A program made the position numbers and the translations under genes. DNA of 64,000 bases from an uncultured Chloroflexia bacterium (GTDB lineage Bacteria; Chloroflexota; Limnocylindria; Limnocylindrales; CSP1-4), in contig CAVXPZ010000003.1 of NCBI GenBank assembly GCA_963763775.1, positions 96,001 through 160,000 on the forward strand, read 5' to 3'. The notes beneath the pieces were generated by a model. That model was not told the origin of the DNA. It worked only from the letters and a program-made list of their open reading frames with translations, and did not search any database. Positions 10,174-20,330 of this stretch are shown in pieces. How positions within the stretch are numbered: the first letter of the stretch is position 1; each line of letters begins with the position of its first letter.

Positions 10174-11374
10174 TCAGCGGCTCCGCTGCCAGGACTTGCC
10201 CTCGGTCTGGACCGACGGCGCGTACACCATCTCGACACGCTGCATCTCGCGGATCGTCCGCGCGCCCAGCGCCGCCATCGACTGCCGCAGCGCCCCGATC
10301 AGGTTCTCGCTGCCGTCCGTGACGTGAGCCGGGCCGAACAGGATGCGCTCGAGCGTGCCGACGGTCCCCACCTTGATCCGCGTGCCGCGCGGCAGGGTGG
10401 CCGACGGCGCGGCCATCCCCCAGTTCATCCCACGGCCGGGAGCTTCCTCGGCGCGGGCCAGCGGCGACCCGATCATCAGGACGTCGGCGCCGGCCGCGAT
10501 CGCCTTGGCCAGCTCGCCGCCCCGACGCATGCCGCCGTCCGCCACGACCGGGACATAGCGGCCGGTCTCGTTCATGTAGGCATCGCGCGCCGCCGCCACG
10601 TCGCTGATCGCGGTGACCTGTGGCACGCCGATGCCGAGCACCTCGCGGGTCGTGCAGGCCGCGCCGGGCCCGACGCCGACGAACACCGCGGCGGCACCCT
10701 GCTCCATCAAGCGCGAAGGCGGCCTCGGCGTTGGTCGTGTTGCCGACCGCGACGGGGATCGGCATGTACCGGGTGAAATCGGCGAGCGAGAGCGGGTCGT
10801 AGTCGGTCGCGAGGTGGCGAGCGCTCGAGACCTGGCTCTGGACGAGGAAGAGGTCGGCGCCATGCTCGGCGCAGAAGGGCCCGAATCGACGGGCCGCGCC
10901 GGGGGTCGCCGCGACCGCGGCCTTTGACCCGGCCGCGTGGATCGCCTCGAGGCGAGCGGCGATCAGGTCCTCCTGGATGGGTCGAGCGTAGGCCTCGGCG
11001 AGCAGGTCCTGGACCTCCCCGTCGGTCGCCGACGCGATCCGGGCGAGGACGGCGTCCGGGTCGTCGTAGCGGGTCTGGACGCCCTCGAGGTTGAGGATGG
11101 CCAGACCGCCGAGCCGCCCCAGCTCGCCGGCCATCCGCGTGTCCACGACCGCGTCCATCGCCGACGCGAGGACCGGGATGGCGAGATCGATCCCGGCGAA
11201 GGTCTGGGCCAGGTCGACGTCCGCGGGCTCGACGGTGTCGGTCCCGGGCGCGAGCGAGACATCCTCGAACCCGTACGTGGGTCGGATCGTGTCGACCTTC
11301 GAGTGGAAGACTCGGCGCGATGCGGCGGCCGATGCCGCCTCCGGGATCGGGGTGACCTGGCTTCGCTCGATCAC
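10174..11374 (-). CDS. guaB3: GuaB3-family IMP dehydrogenase-related protein (frameshift near 10710)
   Basis: YGFEDVSLAPG, ASAMDAVV, GVGPGAACTTREVLGIGVPQ, ADGG, LPRGTRI. Confidence 0.9.
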
Positions 11375-11447
11375 GTGGCCCTCCTGTGCCGCCTCACGCT
11401 TGGGCTGCCTGTGGCCGCGAGTCTACCAGCGGCCACGTATCCGGCGG

Positions 11448-11963
11448 TCAACCGGGGCCCGGGTGGTCGCGCGGCACCCTGTCGCCGTCGAGCGACAGTT
11501 CGAACCAGGCCGCACGTTCCGGGTCCGCCAGGTCGTCCCGGATCCGCTCGATCGCGGTCCGGTACCCGGGCCAGACGACCTGGCGATGCGCGGCGGCGAT
11601 CGGCAGCCAGCGCTCGTCATCGTGCTCGTGGGACCGGACCGGTTCGGCGGTCGCGGCCACGCGGACCGCGAAGACCGCGGCCGTGACGACGGCATCGACC
11701 GACGGCTCGTGGAACTGGTTCACCAGGTCAAGGTCGAAGAACGCCTCGATCGCCTCGGCGCCGAAGCCCGTCTCCTCGCGGAGTTCGCGGAGCGCGCCCT
11801 CCGCGACGCGTTCCCCGACCTCGAGGGAGCCCGAGACGCACTGCCACAGACCGGGGAGGATCCGGCCGGGTGCGCGTCGCAGGAGCAGGATCTCGGGCGC
11901 CACCTCGCCGTTCGGTCGTCGATAGACCCAGCAGTCGACGAGGTCGGGCCGGAACGGGCTCAT
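11448..11963 (-). CDS. NUDIX hydrolase
   Basis: Nudix box GSLEVGERVAEGALRELREETG; SHEH motif. Confidence 0.9.
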   Translation of the reverse strand: MSPFRPDLVDCWVYRRPNGEVAPEILLLRRAPGRILPGLWQCVSGSLEVGERVAEGALRELREETGFGAEAIEAFFDLDLVNQFHEPSVDAVVTAAVFAVRVAATAEPVRSHEHDDERWLPIAAAHRQVVWPGYRTAIERIRDDLADPERAAWFELSLDGDRVPRDHPGPG

Positions 11964-13195
11964 CGGTGGCCGTTCGCCATGAGGACCGCGTCGGGTCGGC
12001 CGCGAAGCCGCCACATCGCCGCGACACCGATGGCCGGGCCGATCGCGAGGGCCGCGAAGGCCACGCGCCAGCCGGTGCCGTCGCCCTTGTCCAGGAGGCC
12101 CACCCCGACGATCGTGATGGACGTCAGGAGGAACCCGATGGCGACCTGGAGCGAGAGGGCGGAGCCGGCCGTCCCGGGCGGCGCGAGCTCCGACACGGCG
12201 GCGGAGAACTGCGCCGAATCCGCGACGACCGTCAACCCCCAGACGATCGCCAGGGCGACGACCAGCGCCGGGGCCGCGCCGAAGAGGAAGCCGATGGCGA
12301 TCGCGCAGGTGCCGCTCGCGAGCATCGCGGCGATGGTCAGCGTCGTCCGCCCGAGCCGGTCCGCGAGGACCCCGGCCGCGATGCAGCCGAGACCGCCCAT
12401 GCCGACGACGAGGAAGGCGGCGAACGACGCCCCTGCCGGGTCCGTCGATCCGGCCGCGGCAAAGCTCGCCGCGAGGAACAGCGGGAGCCACGTCCACATC
12501 GCGTAGAGCTCCCACATGTGACCCAGGTAGCCGATGTTCGCGAGCCGGACCGACGGTCGACGGAACGCGGCAGCCGCCACTGACAGGCTGAACCGCGGGG
12601 CTGATGTCTCGAACGGTCCCGGGCGGGCCAGTGCCAGGACGAGGAGGCCGCCGATGACCGCGGCGAGCGACGAGGCAGCGACGATCGGCCGCCAGTCAAG
12701 ACCGGCGAGTGCCCCGAGACCGCGGAACAGGTGCGGCAGGGCCGACCCGATCGTCAGCGCCCCGATCAGGACACCGATCGCCAACCCTCGCTGGACCCGG
12801 AACCAGCCGGTGATCATCCGCATCCCGACCGGGTAGACCGCCGCGAGGGCGACGCCCGTCAGCGCTCGAAACGGGAGCGCGGCCACGGGATCCGTCGCGA
12901 CGAAGGCGAACCCGAGGTTGCAGACTGCCGCCGTCGTCGCACCGGCGCAGAACAGGATCCGGCCCGGGATCACGTCCGCGGCCCCCGTCATCGCGATCAC
13001 CAGGGCCCCGGCGGCGAACCCGAGTTGCACGGCCACCGTGAGCATCGGGAGCTGCAGCCCCGTGAGATGCCACTCGCTCGTCAGCAGCGGGGACACCGCC
13101 GACGCGCTGAACCATGGCGCGAGCGCCAAGAGCATCCCGACCGAAAGGACGGCGAGGGCGAACCAGCGACCGTCCGGGTCCGCGTCCGTCGTCAT
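11960..13195 (-). CDS. MFS transporter
   Basis: About 12 TM segments, GVLADRLGRT, GYLGHMWELYAMW, ADSAQFSA. Confidence 0.92.
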   Translation of the reverse strand: MTTDADPDGRWFALAVLSVGMLLALAPWFSASAVSPLLTSEWHLTGLQLPMLTVAVQLGFAAGALVIAMTGAADVIPGRILFCAGATTAAVCNLGFAFVATDPVAALPFRALTGVALAAVYPVGMRMITGWFRVQRGLAIGVLIGALTIGSALPHLFRGLGALAGLDWRPIVAASSLAAVIGGLLVLALARPGPFETSAPRFSLSVAAAAFRRPSVRLANIGYLGHMWELYAMWTWLPLFLAASFAAAGSTDPAGASFAAFLVVGMGGLGCIAAGVLADRLGRTTLTIAAMLASGTCAIAIGFLFGAAPALVVALAIVWGLTVVADSAQFSAAVSELAPPGTAGSALSLQVAIGFLLTSITIVGVGLLDKGDGTGWRVAFAALAIGPAIGVAAMWRLRGRPDAVLMANGHR

Positions 13196-13353
13196 CGGGC
13201 CCGCTCCGTCGTCATCAGGTGAGCTCGGCACGATGTCGTGCCGTCCGACCGACGCGCATCCGGTCCGGTGTCAAATGGTCCGGGCGCGTGCCGCCAGGCG
13301 TCGGAACGAGCCGTTCTGCGCTCCCTGGGGCGCGATCGCCCCGCCACGGCTGC

Positions 13354-13379
13354 CGGCCGGCACGGATCCGTGCCGGCCG
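13354..13379. terminator. perfect 26-bp palindrome downstream of the c-di-AMP receptor gene (likely terminator hairpin)
   Basis: CGGCCGGCACGGATCCGTGCCGGCCG is self-complementary; no U-tract. Confidence 0.5.
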
Positions 13380-13402
13380 TTCGGAGCACGACCGGTCGGC
13401 CA

Positions 13403-13732
13403 CTACAGGCGCTCGAAGCGCTCCACCGGCAGCACGAAGACCGTCGCGCCGCCCACTTCGACCTCGAGGGGATACGGCATGAAGAACTCGCCCGGCTCCA
13501 TGATCGGCGGCATCGGGTTGACCACCTGGGTCCGCGACGTGCAGTTCTCGCGGACGACGCCCATGACCTCGTCCACGTCGCCGTCCTCCACGCCGAGGAT
13601 GATCGTCGCGTTGGACTGCTTGAGGAATCCGCCCGAGCTGTGGAGCCGCGTCGCGCGGAACTCCTTCTCGAGCAGGGCGTCGACGAGGGTGCCCGCATCC
13701 TCGTGATGGACGATGGCGACGACGAGCTTCAT
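13403..13732 (-). CDS. darA: cyclic-di-AMP receptor, PII-like (DarA/PstA family)
   Basis: MKLVVAIVHHEDA...ATRLHSSGGFLKQSNAT...VEVGGATVFVLPVERF. Confidence 0.9.
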   Translation of the reverse strand: MKLVVAIVHHEDAGTLVDALLEKEFRATRLHSSGGFLKQSNATIILGVEDGDVDEVMGVVRENCTSRTQVVNPMPPIMEPGEFFMPYPLEVEVGGATVFVLPVERFERL

Positions 13733-13829
13733 CGCGCGGAGTATCGACGGCGCGACCGACCGCGGTCAACGCGCGGATGCGGGGTGTACGATGCCGGCTC
13801 CGACGACCGATGCGTGCAGGAGTCCCCCC

Positions 13830-14852
13830 GTGGCTGAAGACGGACCGTCCAGCGATCCCCGCGCGAGCCTCCCGGCGGCCATCGCCGCGGTCACGGATGC
13901 GAGCGACCTCGACGGCGCGCTCGCCGGCCTGCTCGCCGTCGCCGGGACCGCCCTTGCGCCGACGATGGGCGCCATCCTGATCGCCGACCCGGATCGCGCC
14001 GACCTCATCCTCGCGAGCTCGCTCGGCATGGACGCCGAAGGTGACGCCCGCCTGACCGCCTCGGTGGCCGATCCCGCCGATCCGTTCGCGGCCGCGGCAC
14101 GCGAGCGCGTCGCGACCTTCGACCGCGCAGCGACCACGCCGACCGGCGACGCGTTCGTCGGCGCCTATCTGCCGCTGCTGATCTCGCACGGCGGGGTCGA
14201 GGAAGCCCTCGGCACGATCGGCTTCGGCTGGCCGGCTCCGCACGAGGCGGGAGAAGCCGAGCGCGAGACCCTGACATCCCTGGCCGGCCTGGTGGCGCTG
14301 GCCGTGGACCGCGCGCGCGTGGCCGCGACAGCCGCGGAGCGGTCGGAGTGGTTCGAGCGCCTGGCGCACAGCGATGCGTTGACCGGTCTCGCCAACGAGC
14401 GGACCGTCGCCCGGGTCCTCGAGCTCGAGCTCGCCCGAGCCGGGCGGCAGGGCGGCGAGGTCTCGCTGGCGATGTTCGACGTGGACGACTTCCAGGCCAC
14501 GAACCGCGACGGCGGCCACGCGGCCGGCGATGACGTGCTGCGGCGGGTGGCGGCGGTCCTCGCGGAGTCGGTGCGGCTCGTCGACACGGTCGGACGCGTC
14601 GGCGGCGACGAGTTCGTGCTGATCGCCCCGGGCTCGGCCGGTCTGACGGTCGCCGAGCGCGTCAAGGCCGGCATCGCGCGCCTCCCGGCCGTGGCCGGTC
14701 GCGAGGTCTCCGTGTCGGTCGGTATCGCGCGGTTCCCGACCGACGGCGCGGACGCCGACTCGCTCATCGCGGCCGCCACGAGCGCCCTGGCACGCGCCAA
14801 GGCCGAGGGCCACGGCAGCATCGCCGAGACGGACGCCGTCACCGAGGGCTAA
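13830..14852 (+). CDS. GAF-GGDEF diguanylate cyclase
   Basis: DALTGLANER, FDVDDF, intact GGDEF, N-terminal GAF; AGGAG RBS before GTG. Confidence 0.9.
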   Translation: MAEDGPSSDPRASLPAAIAAVTDASDLDGALAGLLAVAGTALAPTMGAILIADPDRADLILASSLGMDAEGDARLTASVADPADPFAAAARERVATFDRAATTPTGDAFVGAYLPLLISHGGVEEALGTIGFGWPAPHEAGEAERETLTSLAGLVALAVDRARVAATAAERSEWFERLAHSDALTGLANERTVARVLELELARAGRQGGEVSLAMFDVDDFQATNRDGGHAAGDDVLRRVAAVLAESVRLVDTVGRVGGDEFVLIAPGSAGLTVAERVKAGIARLPAVAGREVSVSVGIARFPTDGADADSLIAAATSALARAKAEGHGSIAETDAVTEG

Positions 14853-14892
14853 TGAGCCGGAGTCGGACCCGTCGGCCGCCGTCGGCGGCCCG

Positions 14893-15783
14893 TCATCCGG
14901 GAGCGGTCGCCGTCCCCGATGAGACGATCGGCAGCGTCGGCGTCGTCGCCCCGGCCGCGGGCTCGAGGGTCAGCGCGAGCACCATCCCGCCCTGGGGTGC
15001 CGGGCCCGCGGCCTGCAGCGACCCGGTCCCGGCACTCCCGACGTCGAAACTGCCGAGCGGCATCGGGACCCCGTCCGAGCCGATGGCCCACGCTTCGTAG
15101 ACCGACGTCCCCGTCGTCGGGGCAAGGTCGTGCATCGCCATCGTCACCTCGCCCGACGAGGCCACGGCCGCCACCCCGGCCGGCCCGGAACCGCCTTCGG
15201 TCGTGAGGACCGCGGTCAGCGCCCCTGGCTGCGCCGCCGCCGTGATGACCGCGGCGACATCCTGCTGGTACTGCTGGGCGGTGCTCACCTGGCCCTGGAG
15301 TGACAGGTTCCACGCGGCGAGCACCCCGATGACCAGCACCGCGGCGATCCGGACGGCCCAGGTCAACGGCGACGTGCGTCGCGACGGCCGGGTGCCGGGA
15401 ACAGGATCGGACGTGGGTGCCGGGAACGGGATCGGAGCGGCGGCGGACTCGGGCACTGCGCCAGGCGCGGGCACCGCGGCGGCCGGCGAGGAGGCGGTCG
15501 GCGCCACCGCAAGACCAGCCACCGGGACCGGCTCGAGATCGGTCGCCGCGGCCGCGAGGACACGGGCCTTCAGCCCGGCTGACGGCTCCATCTGCGGGAC
15601 GGACGCATCGAGCGCGGGCAGCACCGACCCGAGCTCCGCGATCTCCTCGTGGGCCTCGGGGCAGGTCGCGAGGTGCTCGCGGACCGCGGCCTCGTCGACG
15701 GGGTCGAGGGCACCCAGGACGAACGCGGCCGCGAGGTCGCGGACGTCGTCGCACGTCAGCTCGGGCGGCATCGGATCGCTCAC
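14893..15783 (-). CDS. anti-sigma factor, RskA-like
   Basis: N-terminal zinc-finger-like TCDDV...HLATC, TM helix, YEAWAI...LALTLEP-x-x-G-x-x-x-PT. Confidence 0.88.
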   Translation of the reverse strand: MSDPMPPELTCDDVRDLAAAFVLGALDPVDEAAVREHLATCPEAHEEIAELGSVLPALDASVPQMEPSAGLKARVLAAAATDLEPVPVAGLAVAPTASSPAAAVPAPGAVPESAAAPIPFPAPTSDPVPGTRPSRRTSPLTWAVRIAAVLVIGVLAAWNLSLQGQVSTAQQYQQDVAAVITAAAQPGALTAVLTTEGGSGPAGVAAVASSGEVTMAMHDLAPTTGTSVYEAWAIGSDGVPMPLGSFDVGSAGTGSLQAAGPAPQGGMVLALTLEPAAGATTPTLPIVSSGTATAPG

Positions 15784-16376
15784 GGCGTGTCCGCCTCGAG
15801 TTCGCGACGCATCGCGAGCAGGCCCAGCCGCATCCGGCTCTTGACGGTCCCGAGCGGCGTCCCGGTCCGCTCGGCCACCTCGGTCTGGGTCAGACCGCCG
15901 AAGTAGGCCATCTCGATCGCCTCGCGCTGCACGTCGGACAGGCTGGCCAGCGCGCGTCGGACGGCGTCCGCGTCGAGGTTCGCGGACACCTCGGCCCAGA
16001 CGTCGGGCAACCGGAATGCCGGCGGCGGGGCCTCCTCGTGCTCCGGGAGCTCGGTGGTCGGCTTGCGCCGACGGATCGCGTCGATCGCCCGGTGGTGGAC
16101 GATGGAGAGCAGCCAGGTCTTCACGCTGCCACGGCCCTCTACGTAGCGGGCGGCGTTGCGCCAAGCGCCGAGGAAGGCGTCCTGGACGACGTCCTCGGCA
16201 AGGCTTGCGTCATTCGTGATCCGGTAGGCGATCGAATAGGCCATCGTCTTGTATCGCTCATACAGTTCGTCGAGGGCGTCGAGCTCGTGCTCGGCCACCC
16301 TGGCGAGCACGGCTCGATCGGCGTCGTCCGCCGGCGTGGCGGTCCGCAGTCGAAGCGACCCCCGATCGTCGCTCAT
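15780..16376 (-). CDS. ECF RNA polymerase sigma factor (SigK-like)
   Basis: AEDVVQDAF, WLLSIVHHRAID, AYFGGLTQTEVA...PLGTVKSRMR. Confidence 0.93.
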   Translation of the reverse strand: MSDDRGSLRLRTATPADDADRAVLARVAEHELDALDELYERYKTMAYSIAYRITNDASLAEDVVQDAFLGAWRNAARYVEGRGSVKTWLLSIVHHRAIDAIRRRKPTTELPEHEEAPPPAFRLPDVWAEVSANLDADAVRRALASLSDVQREAIEMAYFGGLTQTEVAERTGTPLGTVKSRMRLGLLAMRRELEADTP

Positions 16377-17062
16377 GTGCTGGTGCGCAGCACGCGCGGT
16401 TTCGGTTCATCGACCTGGAGCACCCGGTCAACGGCGGCCGCGACATCCGATGCCACGGCGTCCGGTGATCGCGTCGCATCGACGGTCGCGAACCGGCTCG
16501 GTGACGCCGCCGCGAGCGCCAGGAACCCCTCCCGGACCCGCTCGTGGAAGGCGAGGTCGAATTCCGCCTCGAACCGCGTCAGGTCATCTGGGGCCTTCCG
16601 GGCCAGACCGATCTCGACCGGCACGTCCAGCAGGATGGTGAGGTCGGGCTGGAGGCCGTCGGTCGCGGCCGCTTCAAGGGCTCGCAGCCGGTCCAGCGGG
16701 ACCCCGGCACCATAGCCCTGGTAGGCGATCGTCGAGTCGGCGAACCGCGCGCACACGATCGTCCGACCTGCGGCCAACGCCGGACGGATCACCTCGACGA
16801 CGAGCTGGCGACGCGCCGCGTCGAACAGGAAGGCGTCCGTCAACGGGTCCGCCCGAGTCCCGGCGCCGGTCCGCGCGAGAAGCAACTCGCGGAGCCGCTC
16901 ACCCAGCCAGGTCCCGCCGGGCTCCCGCGTCGAGTGGACGTCGTGACCGATCGACTCGAGGTACGAGACCAACCGGGCCGCCTGCGTGGTCTTGCCGGCT
17001 CCCTCGGGCCCTTCCATCGTGATGAACCAGCCGCGCCGGGCCGGTCCGTCGGGACGTGTCAC
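16373..17062 (-). CDS. tmk: thymidylate kinase
   Basis: FITMEGPEGAGKTTQ, TREPGGT, STIAYQGYG. Confidence 0.95.
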   Translation of the reverse strand: MTRPDGPARRGWFITMEGPEGAGKTTQAARLVSYLESIGHDVHSTREPGGTWLGERLRELLLARTGAGTRADPLTDAFLFDAARRQLVVEVIRPALAAGRTIVCARFADSTIAYQGYGAGVPLDRLRALEAAATDGLQPDLTILLDVPVEIGLARKAPDDLTRFEAEFDLAFHERVREGFLALAAASPSRFATVDATRSPDAVASDVAAAVDRVLQVDEPKPRVLRTST

Positions 17063-17138
17063 GGCGGGAGTGTAGCCGACAGGTCCTGGCCGCCCGCCCG
17101 GTCATCCGGCCGGGGACCTCCTGCGTATCCAGGCCACG

Positions 17139-18771
17139 ATGGGACGATCGACCGGCCGACAGACCCGCCCGCGAGCGCTCGCCGCGACGGCCTTGGCGCT
17201 GCTCGCCGTGCTCCTCCTGCCTGCGGTCGCGGCCGCGCACCCGCTCGGCAACTTCACGATCAACCACTACGCGGGCATCCGGGTCGAACCGGCGAGGATC
17301 ACGCTCGACATCGTCATCGACCAGGCGGAGATCCCGGCCTTCCAGACGCGGCAGTCACTCGACGTCGATGGCGACGGCGACCTGTCCGCGGCCGAGATCG
17401 AGGCGGGCCGGTCGAGGGCCTGCGGCGACCTCGCCCCGTCGCTGGACCTCCGGGTCGGCACGGACCGGGTGACCCTGGACACGGGGCCCGGCCGGCTCAG
17501 CTTCCCGCCCGGCGCGGGCGGACTCACGACGATGCGTCTCGAGTGCCCGTTCACGGTGGCCCTGGCGCAGCCGATGACCGCCGGGACGTCGGTCGACTTC
17601 CGCGACGCCTCGTTCGCCGAGCGCATCGGGTGGCGCGAGATCGTCGTGACCGCGGCCGGGGTCGCGGTCGATGGCGACGGCCTCCGCGCCACGAGCCCCT
17701 CCGCGCGGCTCACGGCCTATCCGGCCGACCTGCTCGCAGCGCCGCTCGACGACCGGTCGGTGTCGTTCGCGGCGACGCCGACCGGGGCTCCCGTTGCCGC
17801 GACGGGGACGGTCCCGCCGGTCTCGGGAGCGGTGCCCGCAGCCCACGTCGACCCGGCGATCGGGGCCGCACCGGCCGCGACGACGACCGGCGCCGTGCCG
17901 GGCGGCGTGATCGCCGGCGAGCTGCCATCGATCTTCCGCGCCGCCGACCTCACCCCCGTGGTGCTCCTGATCTCCCTGCTCACCGCGGGCGCGCTCGGCG
18001 CCGGGCACGCGCTCACGCCTGGGCACGGCAAGACCCTCATGGCCGCCTATCTGGTGGGAACCCGGGGCACGCCGCTCCATGCGGTCGGTCTCGGCCTGTC
18101 CGTGACGGTCTCGCACACGATCGGCATCCTGGCCCTCGCCGCGGTCATCGTGGGGGCGCAAGGCCTGGTCGCGCCGGACCTCGTCGTCCGTTGGGCGCCG
18201 ATCGTCGCGGCCGTCTCGATCGTCGCGATCGGCGGCTGGATGCTCCTCGGCGAGATCCGCCGACGCCGGGCGGCTGGCGCGGCCCACGCCCTGGCGCACG
18301 CGCACGACCTCGACCATCCGCACGCCCACGACGACGAGCATCCGCACACCCACGAGGAGCACCACCCGGACGTGGGCGCCACCGCCGGCGAGCACACCCA
18401 CGGCGGCGTCAGCCACTCGCACCTCCCGGCGGCCGGGACGACGATCACCTGGCGGGGGCTCTTCGCCCTCGGGCTGGCCGGCGGCCTCATCCCGTCGACG
18501 AGCGCGCTGCTCATCCTGCTCGGATCGCTTGCGGCCGGCCGGCCGGCGTTCGGGTTCGTGCTGGTCGTCGCCTTCGGGCTCGGCATGGCGGCCGTCATGA
18601 GCGGGATCGGCATCGCCCTCGTCCTGGCTCGCGGACGCCTGGACCGCCTGGACGGACGGACGCGCCTGGGACGCGTCGGGAGCCGCGGTGCCGCTCCTGG
18701 CGGCGGTCCTCGTCCTGGGCCTCGGCTGCTATCTGACGATGCAGGCGGTCGGCGGCTCGCCGACCCTCTAG
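17139..18771 (+). CDS. high-affinity Ni/Co transporter (RcnA/HoxN-like) with N-terminal extracytoplasmic domain; frameshift near 18690
   Basis: Signal peptide, HPLGNFTINHY, HALTPGHGKT, His-rich loop, GGLIP. Confidence 0.88.
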
Positions 18772-18838
18772 ATCGCGACGCGATAGGGGAAACACCCCAG
18801 CGACAGGTCGGCCGTGGCCCTGCTAGGCTCCGCCGCGC

Positions 18839-20293
18839 ATGCGAGACCTGACCGACCGCGCCCTGGACACCGCCTCCGCCCAAGGCGCCGGATACGCCGA
18901 CGTCCGCGTCGTCCGCCGCCTCGACGAGAGCGTCGCGATCAAGACCGGTCGGGTCGAAGGCGTCGCGTCGGGCGAGAGCGAAGGGTTCGGCGTTCGCGTC
19001 CTCGTCGACGGGGCCTGGGGCTTCGCGTCGTCGCACATCCTGACGATGGCCGAGGCGGACCGCGTGGCCGGCGAGGCCGTGCGTATCGCCCGCGCGTCGG
19101 CCACGGCGATGCGCGAACCGGTGGTCCTGTCCGACCGGCCGCCGGCCGTCGGCACCTTCGAGACACCGGTCGTCGAGGATCCCTTCGCCGTCCCGCTCGA
19201 GCGCAAGATCGGGGACCTGCTGGCTGCGGACACGGCCGCCGCCAAGGTCAAGGGCATCGCCTTCACCGAGTCGATGTACGCGGCGCAGCGCGAGTGGAAG
19301 ACGTTCGCGGCGACCGACGGCAGCTACACCGAGCAGACCATCACCCACGTCGGCTCGGCGGTCGAGGCCAACGCCGTCGAGGGCGACGAGCACCAGCGGC
19401 GCAGCTATCCCGACTCGGGCGGTGGCTGGAACGCGGCCGGCTACGAGTACATCCGGAGCCTCGACCTCGCCGCAAGGAGCGAGCCCCTCGCCGACGAGGC
19501 GGTCGCGCTGCTCACCGCCCCGCAGTGCCCGTCGGGGCAGTTCACGATCGTGCTCGACCCGACGCAGCTGTACCTGCAGCTCCACGAGTCCTGCGGCCAT
19601 CCGACCGAGCTCGACCGCGTCTTCGGGACGGAGGCGTCCTACGCCGGGACGAGCTTCCTGACCACCGACAAGCTCGCCGACGGGTTCCGCTACGGCTCGG
19701 ACGTCATCGACATCGTCGCCGACGCCACCGCGCCCGGCGGGATGGGGACGTTCGGCTGGGACGACGAAGGCGTCGAGGCCCAGGCGGTGCCGCTGGTGCG
19801 CAACGGGATCTTCGTCGGCTACCTCTCCAGCCGGGAGACCGCGCCGCGGATCGGTCGCCGCAGCGGCGGGGCGATGCGCGCTGACGGCTGGAACCGGATC
19901 CCGCTCATCCGCATGACCAACGTCAACCTGCTGCCGCAACCGGGGATGAGCCTCGACGAGATCGTCGCCGACACGGACGACGGGCTGTACCTCGCGTCGA
20001 ACCGCAGCTGGTCGATCGACGACCGCCGCCTCAACTTCCAGTTCGCGACCGAGGTCGCCTACGAGATCAAGGGCGGCAAGAAGGGCCGGCTGTTCAAGAA
20101 CCCGACGTATACCGGGATCACGTACGAGTTCTGGCGATCCTGCGACGCCGTCGGCGATGAGCGGAGCTATCGGATGCTCGGGACGCCCAACTGCGGCAAG
20201 GGCGAGCCCGGTCAGACCGGCCACGTCGGGCACGCGGTCCCGGGCGCCCGGTTCCGGAACGTCCAGGTCGGGGTCGGCAAGTGGTCGCGGTGA
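18839..20293 (+). CDS. tldD: TldD family metalloprotease
   Basis: HESCGHPTELDR (HExxxH), DDEG, PLIRMTN, CGKG. Confidence 0.92.
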   Translation: MRDLTDRALDTASAQGAGYADVRVVRRLDESVAIKTGRVEGVASGESEGFGVRVLVDGAWGFASSHILTMAEADRVAGEAVRIARASATAMREPVVLSDRPPAVGTFETPVVEDPFAVPLERKIGDLLAADTAAAKVKGIAFTESMYAAQREWKTFAATDGSYTEQTITHVGSAVEANAVEGDEHQRRSYPDSGGGWNAAGYEYIRSLDLAARSEPLADEAVALLTAPQCPSGQFTIVLDPTQLYLQLHESCGHPTELDRVFGTEASYAGTSFLTTDKLADGFRYGSDVIDIVADATAPGGMGTFGWDDEGVEAQAVPLVRNGIFVGYLSSRETAPRIGRRSGGAMRADGWNRIPLIRMTNVNLLPQPGMSLDEIVADTDDGLYLASNRSWSIDDRRLNFQFATEVAYEIKGGKKGRLFKNPTYTGITYEFWRSCDAVGDERSYRMLGTPNCGKGEPGQTGHVGHAVPGARFRNVQVGVGKWSR

Positions 20294-20330
20294 CGACGAC
20301 GGCGTCGCGGGTCTGCCCGCGGGTGGTCCG

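Noticed and set aside
18280-18425. CAC-rich repeats
   Set aside because: His-rich loop normal for RcnA/HoxN-type transporters.
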